A stretch of 64,000 nt of DNA from Bdellovibrionota bacterium (lineage in GTDB: Bacteria; Bdellovibrionota_C; UBA2361): positions 20,211 through 84,210 of the forward strand of contig JBILDU010000001.1 in the NCBI GenBank assembly GCA_044352465.1. The letters are read 5' to 3'. Under the pieces are notes generated by a model. The model was not told the DNA's origin. It saw only the letters and a program-made list of their open reading frames with translations, and made no database searches. A program made the position numbers and the translations under genes. This document shows positions 41,969 to 53,185 of the stretch, piece by piece. How positions within the stretch are numbered: position 1 is the stretch's first letter; every line of letters starts with the position of its first letter.

Positions 41969-44167
41969 CTACTGAGGAGCTACTACCCCGGCATAGCGAT
42001 ACCAGATTCGGGCGTCCGCGGGGATAGAAAAAGAAAGCGCGAGGGGTTCGATCGCGCCGGCCCGGGATGGAAGCGGGAAGCTAAACTCGTTCCATTGGCC
42101 GTTTGCAGTAACGGTAGCTTCGCTCACCGTAAAGTCGGTGCCGTCCGTTCGGACTTTTACGGTAAACGGGATATGCGGCTCGTTGGGGGCGTAAAGCGCC
42201 TTCAACTCGAGGCGTAAGATTCCGTTTGATCGGCTCGGTGCGAGGATAATCGTATCCTCCTTGAGCCGGATCGCTGAGGTGAGCTCGAAAAGGTAACGGC
42301 CACTACCATCGCTCTCGATATATCTGATGTCATCCCCGAAACGAGCCGCTTTTTCCATAACCCCTCCGCCCGAGCGGGGATCGTTCACGATGATATAGCG
42401 GAGTCCAGCGATGGCGGCGAGCTCCCGAATCGCCCGAGCACTGGGAAAGTCGGCGGTATCGTGCGCGAGCTGAGTGAAAAATCGCGGCACTCGCTCCGTC
42501 GTTGGATTGACGAGACGTAACGCGGGAGTAAGAGGGGCGCGATGGACCGTTGCAATCAGAGATGAACTTCGGGTTAAAGGCTCGGCGAAGGGGAGCACGA
42601 TAAGAGCGCTCCCGGGGAGGGCCCTCTCATTGAGTGTGCGTTCGATGTTACCGCTCCTGGGGGTCGGGGTCGTCGGGACCCCGCAACTTGGGTAGCGGTC
42701 CGCGAGAAGCACCGCGCCGAGTAAAGTGACGAGGAAGACCCGTTGTTTCGTGCGTCGGAGCAACCGGGTGAGGCTAAATGCGCCAAGAACGGTGAGCGCA
42801 AGAGAAAATGGGATCATCCCCGCAATGGCGGACGATATCGGGAGGAAAGAGACGAGCGTTCCGATGATCGAGAAAAGTGAGAGGTCTTTGGAAGACGAGG
42901 CTCCGTATGTCGAAGGACCGAGTGCATAGATCAGGAAAAACGAACCGATAAATGCAAAGAGTGCGATAAGATCCCGGTTCGTCACGATCTGAACATTGAG
43001 TTGACGCTCGAGCCCTCCGAGCCGCCGTAGGAGCGCCAGCGGAGAAAAAAAAGCGACCACAAGTAAAATAAATCCGCTTCCGAACCACACCCTTTGTGCG
43101 TGCGCATCAAAAAGAATGAGGCTGAGGACTGCGAGGATCCAGAGAGCGAGAAGGCTGCGTAAATGGCGTGAATCGGTGAGCCGGTATAGGGCGATGAGCG
43201 CACCGATCGATACGATGAAACCGAAAATTCCGGGAAGGAAAGACCCTTCTCCGAGAGTTTGAAAGAGACACCGGGAGTCCCCCAAGGTAACGGTCGGAAG
43301 GAGCTTCTGAACGGTCAGTGTTCGAGCTTCAACTGAGTCTGCGGCAAGTGGTTGAAGAGTCGGAGTGGTCTTCGTGTACATGAAAACCACCAGCAACGTC
43401 GGGAGGAGCCCGAGGGCCATTCCACCCAGAGGGCTGCGAAAACGGGAACACAGGGCTGTCGGGGGGTGCGCGATGGTCAAACCGAGGAATACTAAAAGCG
43501 CGGCCCAGATGCTTATGACGGCGATATCGATGGAGGTCAGCGTTGCGATGACGATGAGGCTACCGAGGACCACGCCGTTTCGAAATGTCGGCGTACCGAT
43601 TATCGCCAGAGACGCCGATATCACCAGTGGGAGGAGAAACGCCGCCTGGAGCGCCGGGTTGAGGTCGAGCATCAGAAACGATGGACCGAGAAGAAATACG
43701 CCTCCCCCCAGAAGGCTTGCTAGCCCGGAACCGGTGAGTTGATAGATCAAGCGGAACGAGCAGTACCCATTTAAGACGGTGGCGCTGAGTAAGAGGATAT
43801 TAAAGAGCGCATCGGAAGAGAGCCCCAACGCTTTGAGTGGAGCGATGATGAGGCTTGGAAAAAGAAGGTTATCCCCCCACCCTAACGAACCGTTCCACGG
43901 ATAAGCGCTGATAGTGGAGAACCATTCGAGGAGGAACGGGGCCCGGATATTTGAATCGAGGGTATAGAGAGCTAGGTGGGCGTAAGCGCCCCCGAGAAGA
44001 GTTGAGCCAACTTCGCCGAGCGAGGGCAAAAAGACGGCGAGCGTGAGAATAAGATAGGTGACAAGAGCGCCCACGCTCAATCGAAAAGAGGGGCGGTAGA
44101 GCGGTAGAAACTCAGCCGGAGCCGGGGTAGTTTTCGAAGCGTCGGTATCGTCGTGTCCCGGAGACAT
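41969..44167 (-). CDS. Large polytopic membrane protein with C-terminal periplasmic domain (possible GT-C-fold glycosyltransferase, YfhO/ArnT-like)
   Basis: 732 aa, more than 12 hydrophobic helices in the first ~480 aa, then a ~250-aa soluble domain. Function is inferred only from this architecture. Confidence 0.6.
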   Translation of the reverse strand: MSPGHDDTDASKTTPAPAEFLPLYRPSFRLSVGALVTYLILTLAVFLPSLGEVGSTLLGGAYAHLALYTLDSNIRAPFLLEWFSTISAYPWNGSLGWGDNLLFPSLIIAPLKALGLSSDALFNILLLSATVLNGYCSFRLIYQLTGSGLASLLGGGVFLLGPSFLMLDLNPALQAAFLLPLVISASLAIIGTPTFRNGVVLGSLIVIATLTSIDIAVISIWAALLVFLGLTIAHPPTALCSRFRSPLGGMALGLLPTLLVVFMYTKTTPTLQPLAADSVEARTLTVQKLLPTVTLGDSRCLFQTLGEGSFLPGIFGFIVSIGALIALYRLTDSRHLRSLLALWILAVLSLILFDAHAQRVWFGSGFILLVVAFFSPLALLRRLGGLERQLNVQIVTNRDLIALFAFIGSFFLIYALGPSTYGASSSKDLSLFSIIGTLVSFLPISSAIAGMIPFSLALTVLGAFSLTRLLRRTKQRVFLVTLLGAVLLADRYPSCGVPTTPTPRSGNIERTLNERALPGSALIVLPFAEPLTRSSSLIATVHRAPLTPALRLVNPTTERVPRFFTQLAHDTADFPSARAIRELAAIAGLRYIIVNDPRSGGGVMEKAARFGDDIRYIESDGSGRYLFELTSAIRLKEDTIILAPSRSNGILRLELKALYAPNEPHIPFTVKVRTDGTDFTVSEATVTANGQWNEFSFPLPSRAGAIEPLALSFSIPADARIWYRYAGVVAPQ

Positions 44168-44529
44168 CTTTGAGCTGCCTATCTATCGTTTAACCGACAT
44201 TGTAGCCCGAGTTCGCCAAGAGAGGGTCGGGCCTTCGGAGGGCGCACCCATTGAGTCCGGGCTCCTCAGCCCGAGCCAGAGCCGCCGATTCGGTTCGAGG
44301 TTGAGCGTAACAGTTTAGTATCGCTATTAAAACCACCGTTCGGTCTGGGGCTCAAGTTTTGAGTAGGGATCGCCCCCATGGTACTATCGTGCGAACGGTT
44401 TGGCGTTTGTTTTTCGTTGCGTTACCTCTTCCGCGGCGCATCGATCGAGGTCCGGTTGCTCGTGTGGTGATCGATTTCTGACCCCGACCATGTTTTATCC
44501 CGAGAATATTTTTTTCTTAAGAGCTTCGT

Positions 44530-45159
44530 ATGGGTGTCTCCATAGCTGCAGGCGAGTATCTCGACTCCGATACCGGAACTTTTGTGACCCGTCGTGGGCG
44601 GCGCGAAACCCTTGAATTCAAGGGACTCTGGAGCGGGACAGCGACAAATATCGTGATGTATCGTAGCCCGCTCAGCCAAGCAGGACTCAGCCTTGCCCTG
44701 ATAACACTTATCGCCTTGGCGGTGGTTTTTTCGGCGGTCTTTCAAGAGACCATCGTGACGATACCGTTTGTCTTTCACGGTCGCCCGCTCGAGGCGGTGA
44801 TTCCGCTGCTCGGCCTTATCCCTTTGTGCGCTTTCGTGGTCTTAGCACGTCGCTTACTTAACTACCGGTATATTCTGACCGCTGATTCCGTCAGTGAGGT
44901 AAAAGGTTTAGTAGGCGTGCGGCTCGTCTGGTCGCAGCTTGATTATAAGGAGATCCGCGAGGTCGTGGTCTATCAAGATCCGGTACAACAATTCTTTGAT
45001 ATTGGGGATATCCAGCTCGGAAGCGACGTCAATGAGGAGGAGATCGTACTCCGCGGCATACACAATCCTCTCCGGATAAAGCTCATCATCCGCGAGCGGA
45101 TGAACGCTCGAAGACCGGCACGCGAAGAGCCGCAGCGCAAAGCGGCGAATACCTGGTAG
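44530..45159 (+). CDS. Bacterial PH-domain (bPH_2 / YdbS-YdbT-like) membrane protein
   Basis: Two TM helices followed by a DUF304-like segment (ILTADSVSEVKGLVGVRLVWSQLDYKEIREVVVYQDPVQQFFDIGDIQL). An alternative start is at about 44656. Confidence 0.6.
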   Translation: MGVSIAAGEYLDSDTGTFVTRRGRRETLEFKGLWSGTATNIVMYRSPLSQAGLSLALITLIALAVVFSAVFQETIVTIPFVFHGRPLEAVIPLLGLIPLCAFVVLARRLLNYRYILTADSVSEVKGLVGVRLVWSQLDYKEIREVVVYQDPVQQFFDIGDIQLGSDVNEEEIVLRGIHNPLRIKLIIRERMNARRPAREEPQRKAANTW

Positions 45160-45256
45160 GGGCAGTATTTGCGGAACTCGGAGCCCCGAGGGGTCTGTTC
45201 AGACGCTTCGAACAACGCTGGCCCCCTTTCGCACGGCTTCCCACGCATTCAGTGAG

Positions 45257-48200
45257 CTACTTCGAGCCCGCTGAAGTGGTGCCGCGCGGTCGCTGAGGGG
45301 CGCGTTTTCTCATTGCCGTGGCGCGCTTGCTCGGCGCTGCGGGACTACCGGCCTTCTCCCCTCGTAAAAGGGTTCCCCACGGGGTCGCCGCGAGAGCGAG
45401 TTCGAGCGGTGAGCCTGAAAAGACGACCTGACCGCCGTGTGCGCCCGCACCGGGACCAAATTCGATGATGTGATCAGCCGCGCGAATCATATCCGCATCG
45501 TGTTCGATGACGAGCACGGTATGGCCACGCTCAACCAAGGCACGGAGGGTTCGAACGAGCTTTTCCACGTCGGCTTTGTGGAGTCCGGTCGTCGGTTCGT
45601 CGAGTATATAAATGGTGTGGCCCCGTCGCTCGGCACTTAACTCTGCAACGAGCTTGAGTCGCTGGCTCTCCCCTCCGGAGAGGGTGGGAGAGCTCTGGCC
45701 CAGCGTCAGATAGCCCAGCCCGAGCTCCACCGCTTGGCGGATCGGCTCGATAATCTTGCGGTGGTGAGTAAACTTTGCTCGCGCTTCCTCAAAGGTGAGT
45801 GCGAGTACGTCGCTGATGGTAAGGTCAGCGAACCGAACCGTCTCAGCTTCGTCGTTAAAGCGGCGACCGCGGCACGCTTCGCATTCAACCCACGCATCGG
45901 CGAGGAAGTTCATCTCGACCTTGAGTTGGCCCTGACCTTTACATTCCGTGCACCGACCTTTTCCCGTATTATAGGAGAAGAAACCGGTCCCCCAGCCGCG
46001 TGCCTTGGCTTCGATAGTCCCCGCGAAGACCGAGCGAATCGTATCCCAGATGCCCAGATATGAGGCTGGAGTCGAACGCGAATTGATGCCGATCGGTTTT
46101 TGGTCGACCTGCAGAATCCGGGCGATTTCGAGAGAGGAGGTGATGACGGTATCTCCTCGAGTCCAGCGGCTTTTCTCCTCATCTCCAAGGGTGAGAGTGT
46201 CCGCAATAATACCGTGGACGAAGGAGCTTTTCCCCGCCCCCGAGACTCCGGCAACAACAACGAGCTGTTGGAGGGGCAGAGAGAGCGCGAGGTTCGCGAT
46301 GTTGTGCTTCGATCCCCCATGAATTTGAAGCGCGGCCCCGCTTCGTGTGCTCTCCCGTGGTGCCGGGGTATTGCCCTCAGAGCGAAGTGCTTGCGCTGTC
46401 ACGCTGGCGTCGCTCAGAAGAAAACCGTCCCGTGGTCCTGCAAAGACGATCTCGCCACCGTTCTTTCCACCACCTGGCCCGACATCGATAACGTAATCCG
46501 CCGACCGTATGGCATCCCCGTCGTGTTCGATCATGATGACCGCGTTTCCGCGGTCGCGCAGGGCGCGGAGGCGGCTGAGCACTTTGACATTATCGAGTGG
46601 ATGCAGTCCCACACTCGGCTCATCGAATATGTAAATCACACCCGTCAAAGGGGAGCCCATCGCGGTTCCGAGGCGTAGCCGTTGAAGCTCTCCGCCCGAG
46701 AGCGTCGTACACTCTCGCTCGAGCGTAATCTCTCCGAGCCCTAGCGCCTCGAGGGTCTCAATCTTTGAATCAAGCTCGCTGATAATGGGGAGGGCGATCG
46801 TTCTTTCGCGCGGGGAAAAGTCGAGCGCCTCAAGGAAGCTCCGGAGGCCGTTCGGAGTAAGCTGGGACGCTGCATAGATATTACGCCCGCAAAGTTGCAA
46901 GTGTCGCCCGAGGGTCTGAATGCGCGCCCCGCCGCATTCGGTGCAGACGGCGTCACCCCGCCCCTTGCCCGTGCCCTCACACCGCGGACACCGCCCGCGG
47001 GGCGAATTGAATGAGAGATCTTCCGGATCCGGCTTGAAAAAACCCCGTTGGCACACGGGGCAGGTTCGCTCAGTGCTGTAGACCGAATCCGCGCCGTCAG
47101 CTGACACGATGAGGGTTCCGCTGCCGAGACTGAGCGCCTGTTCGACCCCGGCGACGATGAAATCGGGGGTGACCTGATTCGGATTAAACTGCGCCACGAG
47201 GTATTCAATCGTGTGAGGCTTGCTCTTCTCGAGCCCCGCACCGATGTTCAGACTTGAAGTCTTAAAAAGGACACCATCAACGCGGACATGCGATATCTCG
47301 GCATCGATTGCACGCTGGAGTACCGCCTTGTGATTTCCCTTTTTGCCTTTAATTATCGGGGCGAATATTCGTACCGACTTCGCCACGATCTTCTTGAGGA
47401 GGTGCGATATCTCGAGGGGAGCGAGCGCGGCGATCCGTTCAGTCGGGTGATCGGGACAGTATTGGGTTGCGGTCTTGGCGTAGAGAAGGCGGAGGAAGTT
47501 ATAGATCTCCGACATCGTCGCCACCGTTGACAGACGGGACGGTTGAAATGTGTGCTGATAGACGCAGATTGTGGGAGCGATGTTGGTGAGGCTATCGATC
47601 TCCGGTCGTTTTAACTCTTTGATGTATTGTCGAGCATACGGTGAGAGGCAGTCGAGATAGCGGCGCTGTCCCTCCGCGTAGATGATATCCTTGGCGATAC
47701 TCGACTTCCCTGAGCCAGAGACCCCGGTAAAGACGACTACTTGGTCGAGTGGGATATCGAGCGAAACGTTTTTGAGGTTGTGCTCCCGAGCTCCCCGAAT
47801 AGAGAGATGGGACGGTGATGGTACCGCCGGACGGGGTGTTTGTGGTTGAGCGGTACGCTTCGACGTGGCGAGAAACTCACGCAAGGCTCGAGCCGTGTAT
47901 GAGGTCCGGCTTGCCGCCGCAGTCTGAAAATCTGCCGGGGGGCCGGCGAGCAGGACCGCGCCACCTCCTGCTCCCCCCTCGGGACCTAGGTCGATAATCC
48001 AGTCAGCGGCACCGATGAGGAGGAGGTTGTGTTCGATACACAGTACCGCATGCCCCGCCGTGCGGAGAAAGTGAAAGAGCTCAATCAGGCGCTCGACATC
48101 GCGAACGTGGAGACCGGTGGTGGGCTCATCGAAGATGAACAGATTGCGGCCCCGCCGACCGTGTTCGAGATACGGGACGATCTTGAGCCGCTGGGCCTCG

Positions 48201-50749
48201 CCACCCGAGAGCTCGCTGAGCGAGTGCCCGAGGGTGAGATGACCAAGGCCCAGCCGCGAGAGATTATGGGCGGCTCGGGCAACGGTGCTGTCTTCAGGGA
48301 AAAATCGGTGGCACTCATCGACCGACATGCCGAGAAAGTCGTCGGCGTTCTTCCCCCGATAGGTGACCTCAAGAACCGGAAGCTGGAAGCGTTTGCCCTG
48401 GCAAACCTCGCAAACGATGTATACGTCGCTCAGAAACTGCATGTCCTCGCGAATATGCCCTGCTCCCTTACACGCCGCACACCGCCCGGCATCAACGTTG
48501 AAGGAGAACGTACTTTTCGTAAATGCCCGCATCGTCGCCCCGTCGCTGGCGGCGAGGAGTTCGCGGATCGTATCCCAAATGCCGGTATAAGTGGCGATAT
48601 TCGCGCGCGGGCTCTTCGTCAGCGGCGATTGATCGACGAGAAGGATCTCGTCGAGATGCTCGAACCCAGAGACCGCATTCTCGCCTTCGGCAGACGGTTC
48701 GCCCCTTTGAAATCGTTCGTACGCTGCCATGACGACTTCGTGGACGAGGGTGCTCTTTCCGCTTCCCGAGACCCCGGTGAGGCAGACAAATGCATCGAGG
48801 GGGACCGTTACCGAGATGTTCTTCAGATTTCGGACAGTAGCTCGCGCTATCGTCAAAGCTCGGTCGGTAGCCATGAAGGGGGCGGGGCGGGGTAACTTCC
48901 AGGAGATCCCCGGCCACAACGCCGCGCTCCCGTTAAAGGTAACCTCTCCGCCCTGCTGCCCGGCCGCTGGTCCCATCTCAATGATGTGGTCAGCTGACTC
49001 GATACAGTCAAGGTCGTGTTCAACGACGAGAAGGCTGTTGCCCCTTCGTTGAAGGCGAATCATCGCCTCGATCAGGCGCTCGGTGTCGCGGGCGTGGAGT
49101 CCAACCGAAGGCTCATCAAGAACAAAGTGTGTCGAGATGAGGTCGCTTCCCAAAGCCGTGGTGAGGTTCACCCGTTGGGTTTCACCACCGGAGAGGGTGC
49201 GCGATTGACGATCCAGAGTGATATAGGGAAGACCGAGGCTCACGAGGTAGTCGAGTCGTGCTATCACTGCAGCCAGAACATCGCGCACCTCGTTCGGGTA
49301 CCTCCGTCGACGTCGTAGCGTCTCTTCAAGATCGCGCATCCACGTCAGGAGCTCACCGACCGGCATACGCCAGATATCGGGCAATGTCCTGCCGTTGATT
49401 CGGTAGGTGAGTCCCTCGCGCTTCAATCGAGTTCCCGCACATTCCGGGCAGAGAAATTGGCCACGGTATTTAGCGAGGAATACCCGGACATGCATTTTGT
49501 AGGCCTTGCGCTCAAGTCGCTTGAACCAAGGTTCAACCCCCCGGTACTCCCGTGAGGTATGGGTGAAGATTTGGTCGTGCTGCTCGGGTGTGAGCGTGCG
49601 CCATGGACGATCGATGGGAATCCCGTGGGTGCGACAGAATCCTAATAGTCGGCGTCTTTCGACTCGACCTGCCTTCCCCGCCCAACAGTCGAGGGCATCC
49701 TCCTCGATTGAGAGGAGTGGGTTTGGGACGCAGCGCTTACGATCCACCCTCAGGACGTGGCCGAAACCCTTGCACTCAGCGCACGCCCCAAGAGGGTGAT
49801 TGAAGGAGAAAAGAGAGGGCTTCGGCGTTCCAATGGCGACGTGTCCCCCGGGGCAGACGAATGAACTATGGTAATCGGCGTGAAAGTGTCGCTCGCCCGG
49901 CGTTCGGGTGGGGGGACCAAAAGTACTGCCTCGAATAAACGGTCGGAACCCTCGGGGGGTCACATCGATGACGGTGCAACTCCCCCCGCTCAACGTAAAG
50001 CATTGCTCGACCGATTCGCGGAGTCGCTTTGAGTTTAAGCTTCCGCTCTTCATACGATCGACGATGATGACGAGCTCGGAGATATGGCGAAGTCGCTCGG
50101 GTGGCGTCTCCTCGAGAAGCTCAATTGCTCCCGTCGTATCGTCGAAGTATCGCCCAAACCCCAGAGTCTTGAGCCGCTCGATCTCGAGTTCCCGCGTTTT
50201 CGGAGTAAAGCTTACCCGTGCCCCGATAAGGAGTGTGGGGCTCTGGCGGAGCTTTTGCAGTTCGAGGACATGTTCGGTGAGTCGGGTGGGAGTCCAACGC
50301 GTGAAGGCGATTTCGCAGTTCGGGCACACCGGTTCGGCGACCGCGCCCCACAGGATCTTGAGGTAGTCGTTGATATTGGTCATCGATCCTACGGTTGAGC
50401 GAGAGCTCAATACGCGTGTGCGCTGCTCGATGGCGATCGCTGGGCGAACGTTATCGATACGCTCGACGGCCGGTCGTTTGACCTTATCAAAGAATTGGCG
50501 GGTGTAAGGGGAGAAAGTTTCAATATAGCGGCGTTGGCCCTCAGCATACACCGTATCGAAAGCCAGCGACGATTTTCCCGATCCGGAAATGCCGGTCACT
50601 ACCGTGAAGGCGTCGTGAGGGATGTCGAGAGAAACCCCCTTAAGGTTGTGCTCGGTGGCCTGAATGATATGGAGAGATTTATGTTTCACCGGGCGCGTGG
50701 GCGGTTGGTAATGGCTAAAAGCATAGCTGTTCACCCGCATCAGAAGCAA
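45257..50749 (-). CDS. uvrA: Tandem-duplicated UvrA-like ABC ATPase (two complete UvrA modules in one 1830-aa polypeptide)
   Basis: Four Walker A motifs ([36 protein letters not shown]) and four LSGGE(T/A/L/S)QR signatures. Each half has UvrA-type CxxC zinc modules (e.g. CAACKGAGH...CEVCQGKRF and CTECKGQGQ...CEACRGRRF). Confidence 0.9.
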   Translation of the reverse strand: MLLMRVNSYAFSHYQPPTRPVKHKSLHIIQATEHNLKGVSLDIPHDAFTVVTGISGSGKSSLAFDTVYAEGQRRYIETFSPYTRQFFDKVKRPAVERIDNVRPAIAIEQRTRVLSSRSTVGSMTNINDYLKILWGAVAEPVCPNCEIAFTRWTPTRLTEHVLELQKLRQSPTLLIGARVSFTPKTRELEIERLKTLGFGRYFDDTTGAIELLEETPPERLRHISELVIIVDRMKSGSLNSKRLRESVEQCFTLSGGSCTVIDVTPRGFRPFIRGSTFGPPTRTPGERHFHADYHSSFVCPGGHVAIGTPKPSLFSFNHPLGACAECKGFGHVLRVDRKRCVPNPLLSIEEDALDCWAGKAGRVERRRLLGFCRTHGIPIDRPWRTLTPEQHDQIFTHTSREYRGVEPWFKRLERKAYKMHVRVFLAKYRGQFLCPECAGTRLKREGLTYRINGRTLPDIWRMPVGELLTWMRDLEETLRRRRRYPNEVRDVLAAVIARLDYLVSLGLPYITLDRQSRTLSGGETQRVNLTTALGSDLISTHFVLDEPSVGLHARDTERLIEAMIRLQRRGNSLLVVEHDLDCIESADHIIEMGPAAGQQGGEVTFNGSAALWPGISWKLPRPAPFMATDRALTIARATVRNLKNISVTVPLDAFVCLTGVSGSGKSTLVHEVVMAAYERFQRGEPSAEGENAVSGFEHLDEILLVDQSPLTKSPRANIATYTGIWDTIRELLAASDGATMRAFTKSTFSFNVDAGRCAACKGAGHIREDMQFLSDVYIVCEVCQGKRFQLPVLEVTYRGKNADDFLGMSVDECHRFFPEDSTVARAAHNLSRLGLGHLTLGHSLSELSGGEAQRLKIVPYLEHGRRGRNLFIFDEPTTGLHVRDVERLIELFHFLRTAGHAVLCIEHNLLLIGAADWIIDLGPEGGAGGGAVLLAGPPADFQTAAASRTSYTARALREFLATSKRTAQPQTPRPAVPSPSHLSIRGAREHNLKNVSLDIPLDQVVVFTGVSGSGKSSIAKDIIYAEGQRRYLDCLSPYARQYIKELKRPEIDSLTNIAPTICVYQHTFQPSRLSTVATMSEIYNFLRLLYAKTATQYCPDHPTERIAALAPLEISHLLKKIVAKSVRIFAPIIKGKKGNHKAVLQRAIDAEISHVRVDGVLFKTSSLNIGAGLEKSKPHTIEYLVAQFNPNQVTPDFIVAGVEQALSLGSGTLIVSADGADSVYSTERTCPVCQRGFFKPDPEDLSFNSPRGRCPRCEGTGKGRGDAVCTECGGARIQTLGRHLQLCGRNIYAASQLTPNGLRSFLEALDFSPRERTIALPIISELDSKIETLEALGLGEITLERECTTLSGGELQRLRLGTAMGSPLTGVIYIFDEPSVGLHPLDNVKVLSRLRALRDRGNAVIMIEHDGDAIRSADYVIDVGPGGGKNGGEIVFAGPRDGFLLSDASVTAQALRSEGNTPAPRESTRSGAALQIHGGSKHNIANLALSLPLQQLVVVAGVSGAGKSSFVHGIIADTLTLGDEEKSRWTRGDTVITSSLEIARILQVDQKPIGINSRSTPASYLGIWDTIRSVFAGTIEAKARGWGTGFFSYNTGKGRCTECKGQGQLKVEMNFLADAWVECEACRGRRFNDEAETVRFADLTISDVLALTFEEARAKFTHHRKIIEPIRQAVELGLGYLTLGQSSPTLSGGESQRLKLVAELSAERRGHTIYILDEPTTGLHKADVEKLVRTLRALVERGHTVLVIEHDADMIRAADHIIEFGPGAGAHGGQVVFSGSPLELALAATPWGTLLRGEKAGSPAAPSKRATAMRKRAPQRPRGTTSAGSK

Positions 50750-50795
50750 GAAAACGCTCGGTTATTGATAGCGGAAGGCCCTCCGTGACTGTAGT

Positions 50796-52046
50796 ATGAG
50801 TGCAACAAGGCGAGCTCGGTTCGATATGTTGATAAAGATATTTTCCCGATTACTTCTCGGATGGGTCGCGCTCCTGCCCAACTACCCAGCCGCCTTTGCT
50901 CAGGCGGGTAGTCCGGGTTGTAGCCTCGTCACCGAGGGATTGGCGGTAGCCGAAACGATCCGGGGGCTTAAAGCGAAGCGGCCGGTGCCGTGTCGTCTTC
51001 ATCAGAAAGCGGAAGTGAAGGCTCACCTCATCGATTTGATTGAATCTGAGATCCCCGCTGAGAAGCTTGCGTCAGAAGAGCTTGTTCTTAAAGGCATCGG
51101 CCTGCTGCCCCCAGAGTTTCGGTACAAAGAGGGACTGATCGATCTCTATGTCAGTCAGCTTGGCGGTTATTACGATCCGGCACGGAAGCATTTCGTCATG
51201 GCGGCCTGGATGCCCGACTTCGTGCAACGCCCCATCGTCGTGCACGAATTGACCCACGCGCTTCAAGATCAGTATTTCGATCTGCAGCGCTTCATACCGA
51301 ATCGTACGGCGACAAGCGACGCCCTCCTCGCCCGATCGGCGGTCGCCGAGGGGGACGCGACGGCGGTGATGGTTGATCACGGCCGACAACAAGCTGGGCA
51401 GGGGCCACTTTCGAAAGCTGAGGGAGTGGAGTTTATCATTGCTCAGAACGTCATTGGCATGGCGATGATGCCGGGGCTTGAAGAGGTGCCCGAAGCGCTC
51501 AAGGCGATGCTTATTTTTCCCTACACCAGCGGACTTCGCTTCGGTCATTCGCTGTTAAAAAAGGGGGGCTATCGCGCTATCGATGAGGCTTTCCGCTCAC
51601 CCCCCCGTTCAACTGAGGAGATCCTTCACCCGGAGCTTTACGGGAGGGACAAACCTGATTTCCTGACGCTGAACGACCTCGATGCGTTGCCATTCGGCCC
51701 TTCGGGAGGGGTGGTCGAATATGGAGATACTATCGGGCAGTTTCTAATCGCGGCGACGCTCGGAGCGCTTTCTGGTGATAAGGCGCTGGCGACCACAGCC
51801 GCCGCAGGGTGGGGGGGGGATCGTGTGACGCTGGTGCGCCATCCAACCACCGCTGCTCGAACTCTCGTCTGGAGGACGAACTGGGATTCTCCTGAGGATG
51901 CGGTCGAGTTTCTTAGACTCTATCGGACGATCCTCGAATCAAAGGGTTGGCGCGAAGCCAATATTCACGCTGGAGCCTCTCCTCGTGAGGTGGTGTTCGT
52001 GCGGTTGATTAAAGAAGGCGGCGGTAAGCGAGGTTCAGTTCGATGA
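50796..52046 (+). CDS. Secreted putative zinc metallopeptidase (HExxH)
   Basis: Signal peptide (LLLGWVALLPNYPAAFAQAG) and IVVHELTHALQDQY (HExxH) with a downstream EGDATA. 416 aa. Confidence 0.55.
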   Translation: MSATRRARFDMLIKIFSRLLLGWVALLPNYPAAFAQAGSPGCSLVTEGLAVAETIRGLKAKRPVPCRLHQKAEVKAHLIDLIESEIPAEKLASEELVLKGIGLLPPEFRYKEGLIDLYVSQLGGYYDPARKHFVMAAWMPDFVQRPIVVHELTHALQDQYFDLQRFIPNRTATSDALLARSAVAEGDATAVMVDHGRQQAGQGPLSKAEGVEFIIAQNVIGMAMMPGLEEVPEALKAMLIFPYTSGLRFGHSLLKKGGYRAIDEAFRSPPRSTEEILHPELYGRDKPDFLTLNDLDALPFGPSGGVVEYGDTIGQFLIAATLGALSGDKALATTAAAGWGGDRVTLVRHPTTAARTLVWRTNWDSPEDAVEFLRLYRTILESKGWREANIHAGASPREVVFVRLIKEGGGKRGSVR

Positions 52047-52317
52047 CGACGGCTATTTCGAGCGAGTCAGAGAGCGCAGGGGAATGTTCTCCTTGCACGT
52101 AGGCTGGGCTCGGCCTTACGGATTCCCGTTCAGAGTCGTCAGAGGGGCAATACAGGAGAGTGCTGCGACCGCCGGACCGGCTTTCAGGACGAGAGACTTT
52201 CCGCTTGGAGCACTCCTCATCGGAGGAGGGCGGTAAGGTGCATCATCTCTTGTGGGGGTGTTCACAGGTGCGCAAGAATTTTTTTATCTTCGATGCCGAG
52301 TGTGATACTCTTATAAA

Positions 52318-52539
52318 GTGAAATCAGACAAGAATCACCGCGAATTTATTGAAGCGTGGCGAAAAGCCGCTCGTGTATTGCACGAGGTGCGGGCGCGGGA
52401 ATTGCCGGAGATCGACACCGTCGCGGGCCTTCAAAGTTTGTTGCCAGCTTTTGCGGCGAGCGTGCGTCAAACTGAGCTGCGCCCCTCCTCGGGTCTTCTG
52501 GAGCAGCAGAGGATTTTTGCCCGACGGATAAGTCGATGA
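52318..52539 (+). CDS. Small hypothetical protein, translationally coupled to downstream nucleotidyltransferase (candidate antitoxin/partner)
   Basis: 73-aa ORF whose TGA overlaps the downstream ATG (ATGA at 52536-52539). No family recognised. Confidence 0.3.
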   Translation: MKSDKNHREFIEAWRKAARVLHEVRARELPEIDTVAGLQSLLPAFAASVRQTELRPSSGLLEQQRIFARRISR

Positions 52540-53102
52540 AAAATATCTTCGAAGAGGCCTTTGCTCTCCAAGCATTCTTGCTGGAAAAGTCACTGCGGTT
52601 TTGTTTTATTGGGGGCTTAGCGCTCCAACGATGGGGAGAGCTTCGAACAACAAACGATATTGACCTCACCATTCTGACCGGCTTTTCGGGCGAAGGAAAG
52701 GTCGTTGACCTCCTTCTCGCGAGGTACCGAGGACGGATTGCGAATGCACGCGAGACAGCTCTCGCCGCGCGAGTACTTCTTCTAAAGTCAGATGCTGGAG
52801 TGGGTATCGATATCGCCTTGGGAGGAATGCCGTTCGAAGAATCAACGATTCAGCGAGCATCGGAAGGTGAGTACCTACCGGGAATTAGTTTAAGAACCTG
52901 TTCGGCTGAAGACCTCATCGTGCATAAAGCGTTTGCCGCTCGCCCAAAGGACTGGCTCGATATCGAGGGCATAGTTTTGCGACAGGCGGTCCTTGACTGG
53001 CATTACATTGAAGCCCAACTGGTGCCTCTCCTCGATTTAAAAGAGGAGCCAGAGCACTGGGACGCTCTCATCAAGCTGCGTCGACGACTTCGAGGGGAGT
53101 AG
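52536..53102 (+). CDS. Nucleotidyltransferase-fold protein, AbiEii/minimal-NTase-like
   Basis: FIGGLALQRWGELRTTNDIDLTI fits the G[GS]x9-13DxD polymerase-beta NTase motif as seen in AbiEii-like toxins. A C-terminal DLIVHKAFAARPKDWLDIEGIV segment follows. 188 aa. Confidence 0.55.
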   Translation: MKNIFEEAFALQAFLLEKSLRFCFIGGLALQRWGELRTTNDIDLTILTGFSGEGKVVDLLLARYRGRIANARETALAARVLLLKSDAGVGIDIALGGMPFEESTIQRASEGEYLPGISLRTCSAEDLIVHKAFAARPKDWLDIEGIVLRQAVLDWHYIEAQLVPLLDLKEEPEHWDALIKLRRRLRGE

Positions 53103-53185
53103 CGAGTGGCGTCAGGTCTTTCGAGTAAAAAGGCAATGGATCCCACTCGAGGACCGGGCTGAAAAAGCCGTCCGGAGGAGACTTC

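Noticed and set aside
46005-49318. Multiple plus-strand ORFs (for example 46100-46678, 48029-48895, 48729-49052) inside the uvrA locus
   Set aside because: All lie antisense to a 1830-aa ORF with unmistakable UvrA motifs; these are typical spurious open frames in GC-rich DNA.
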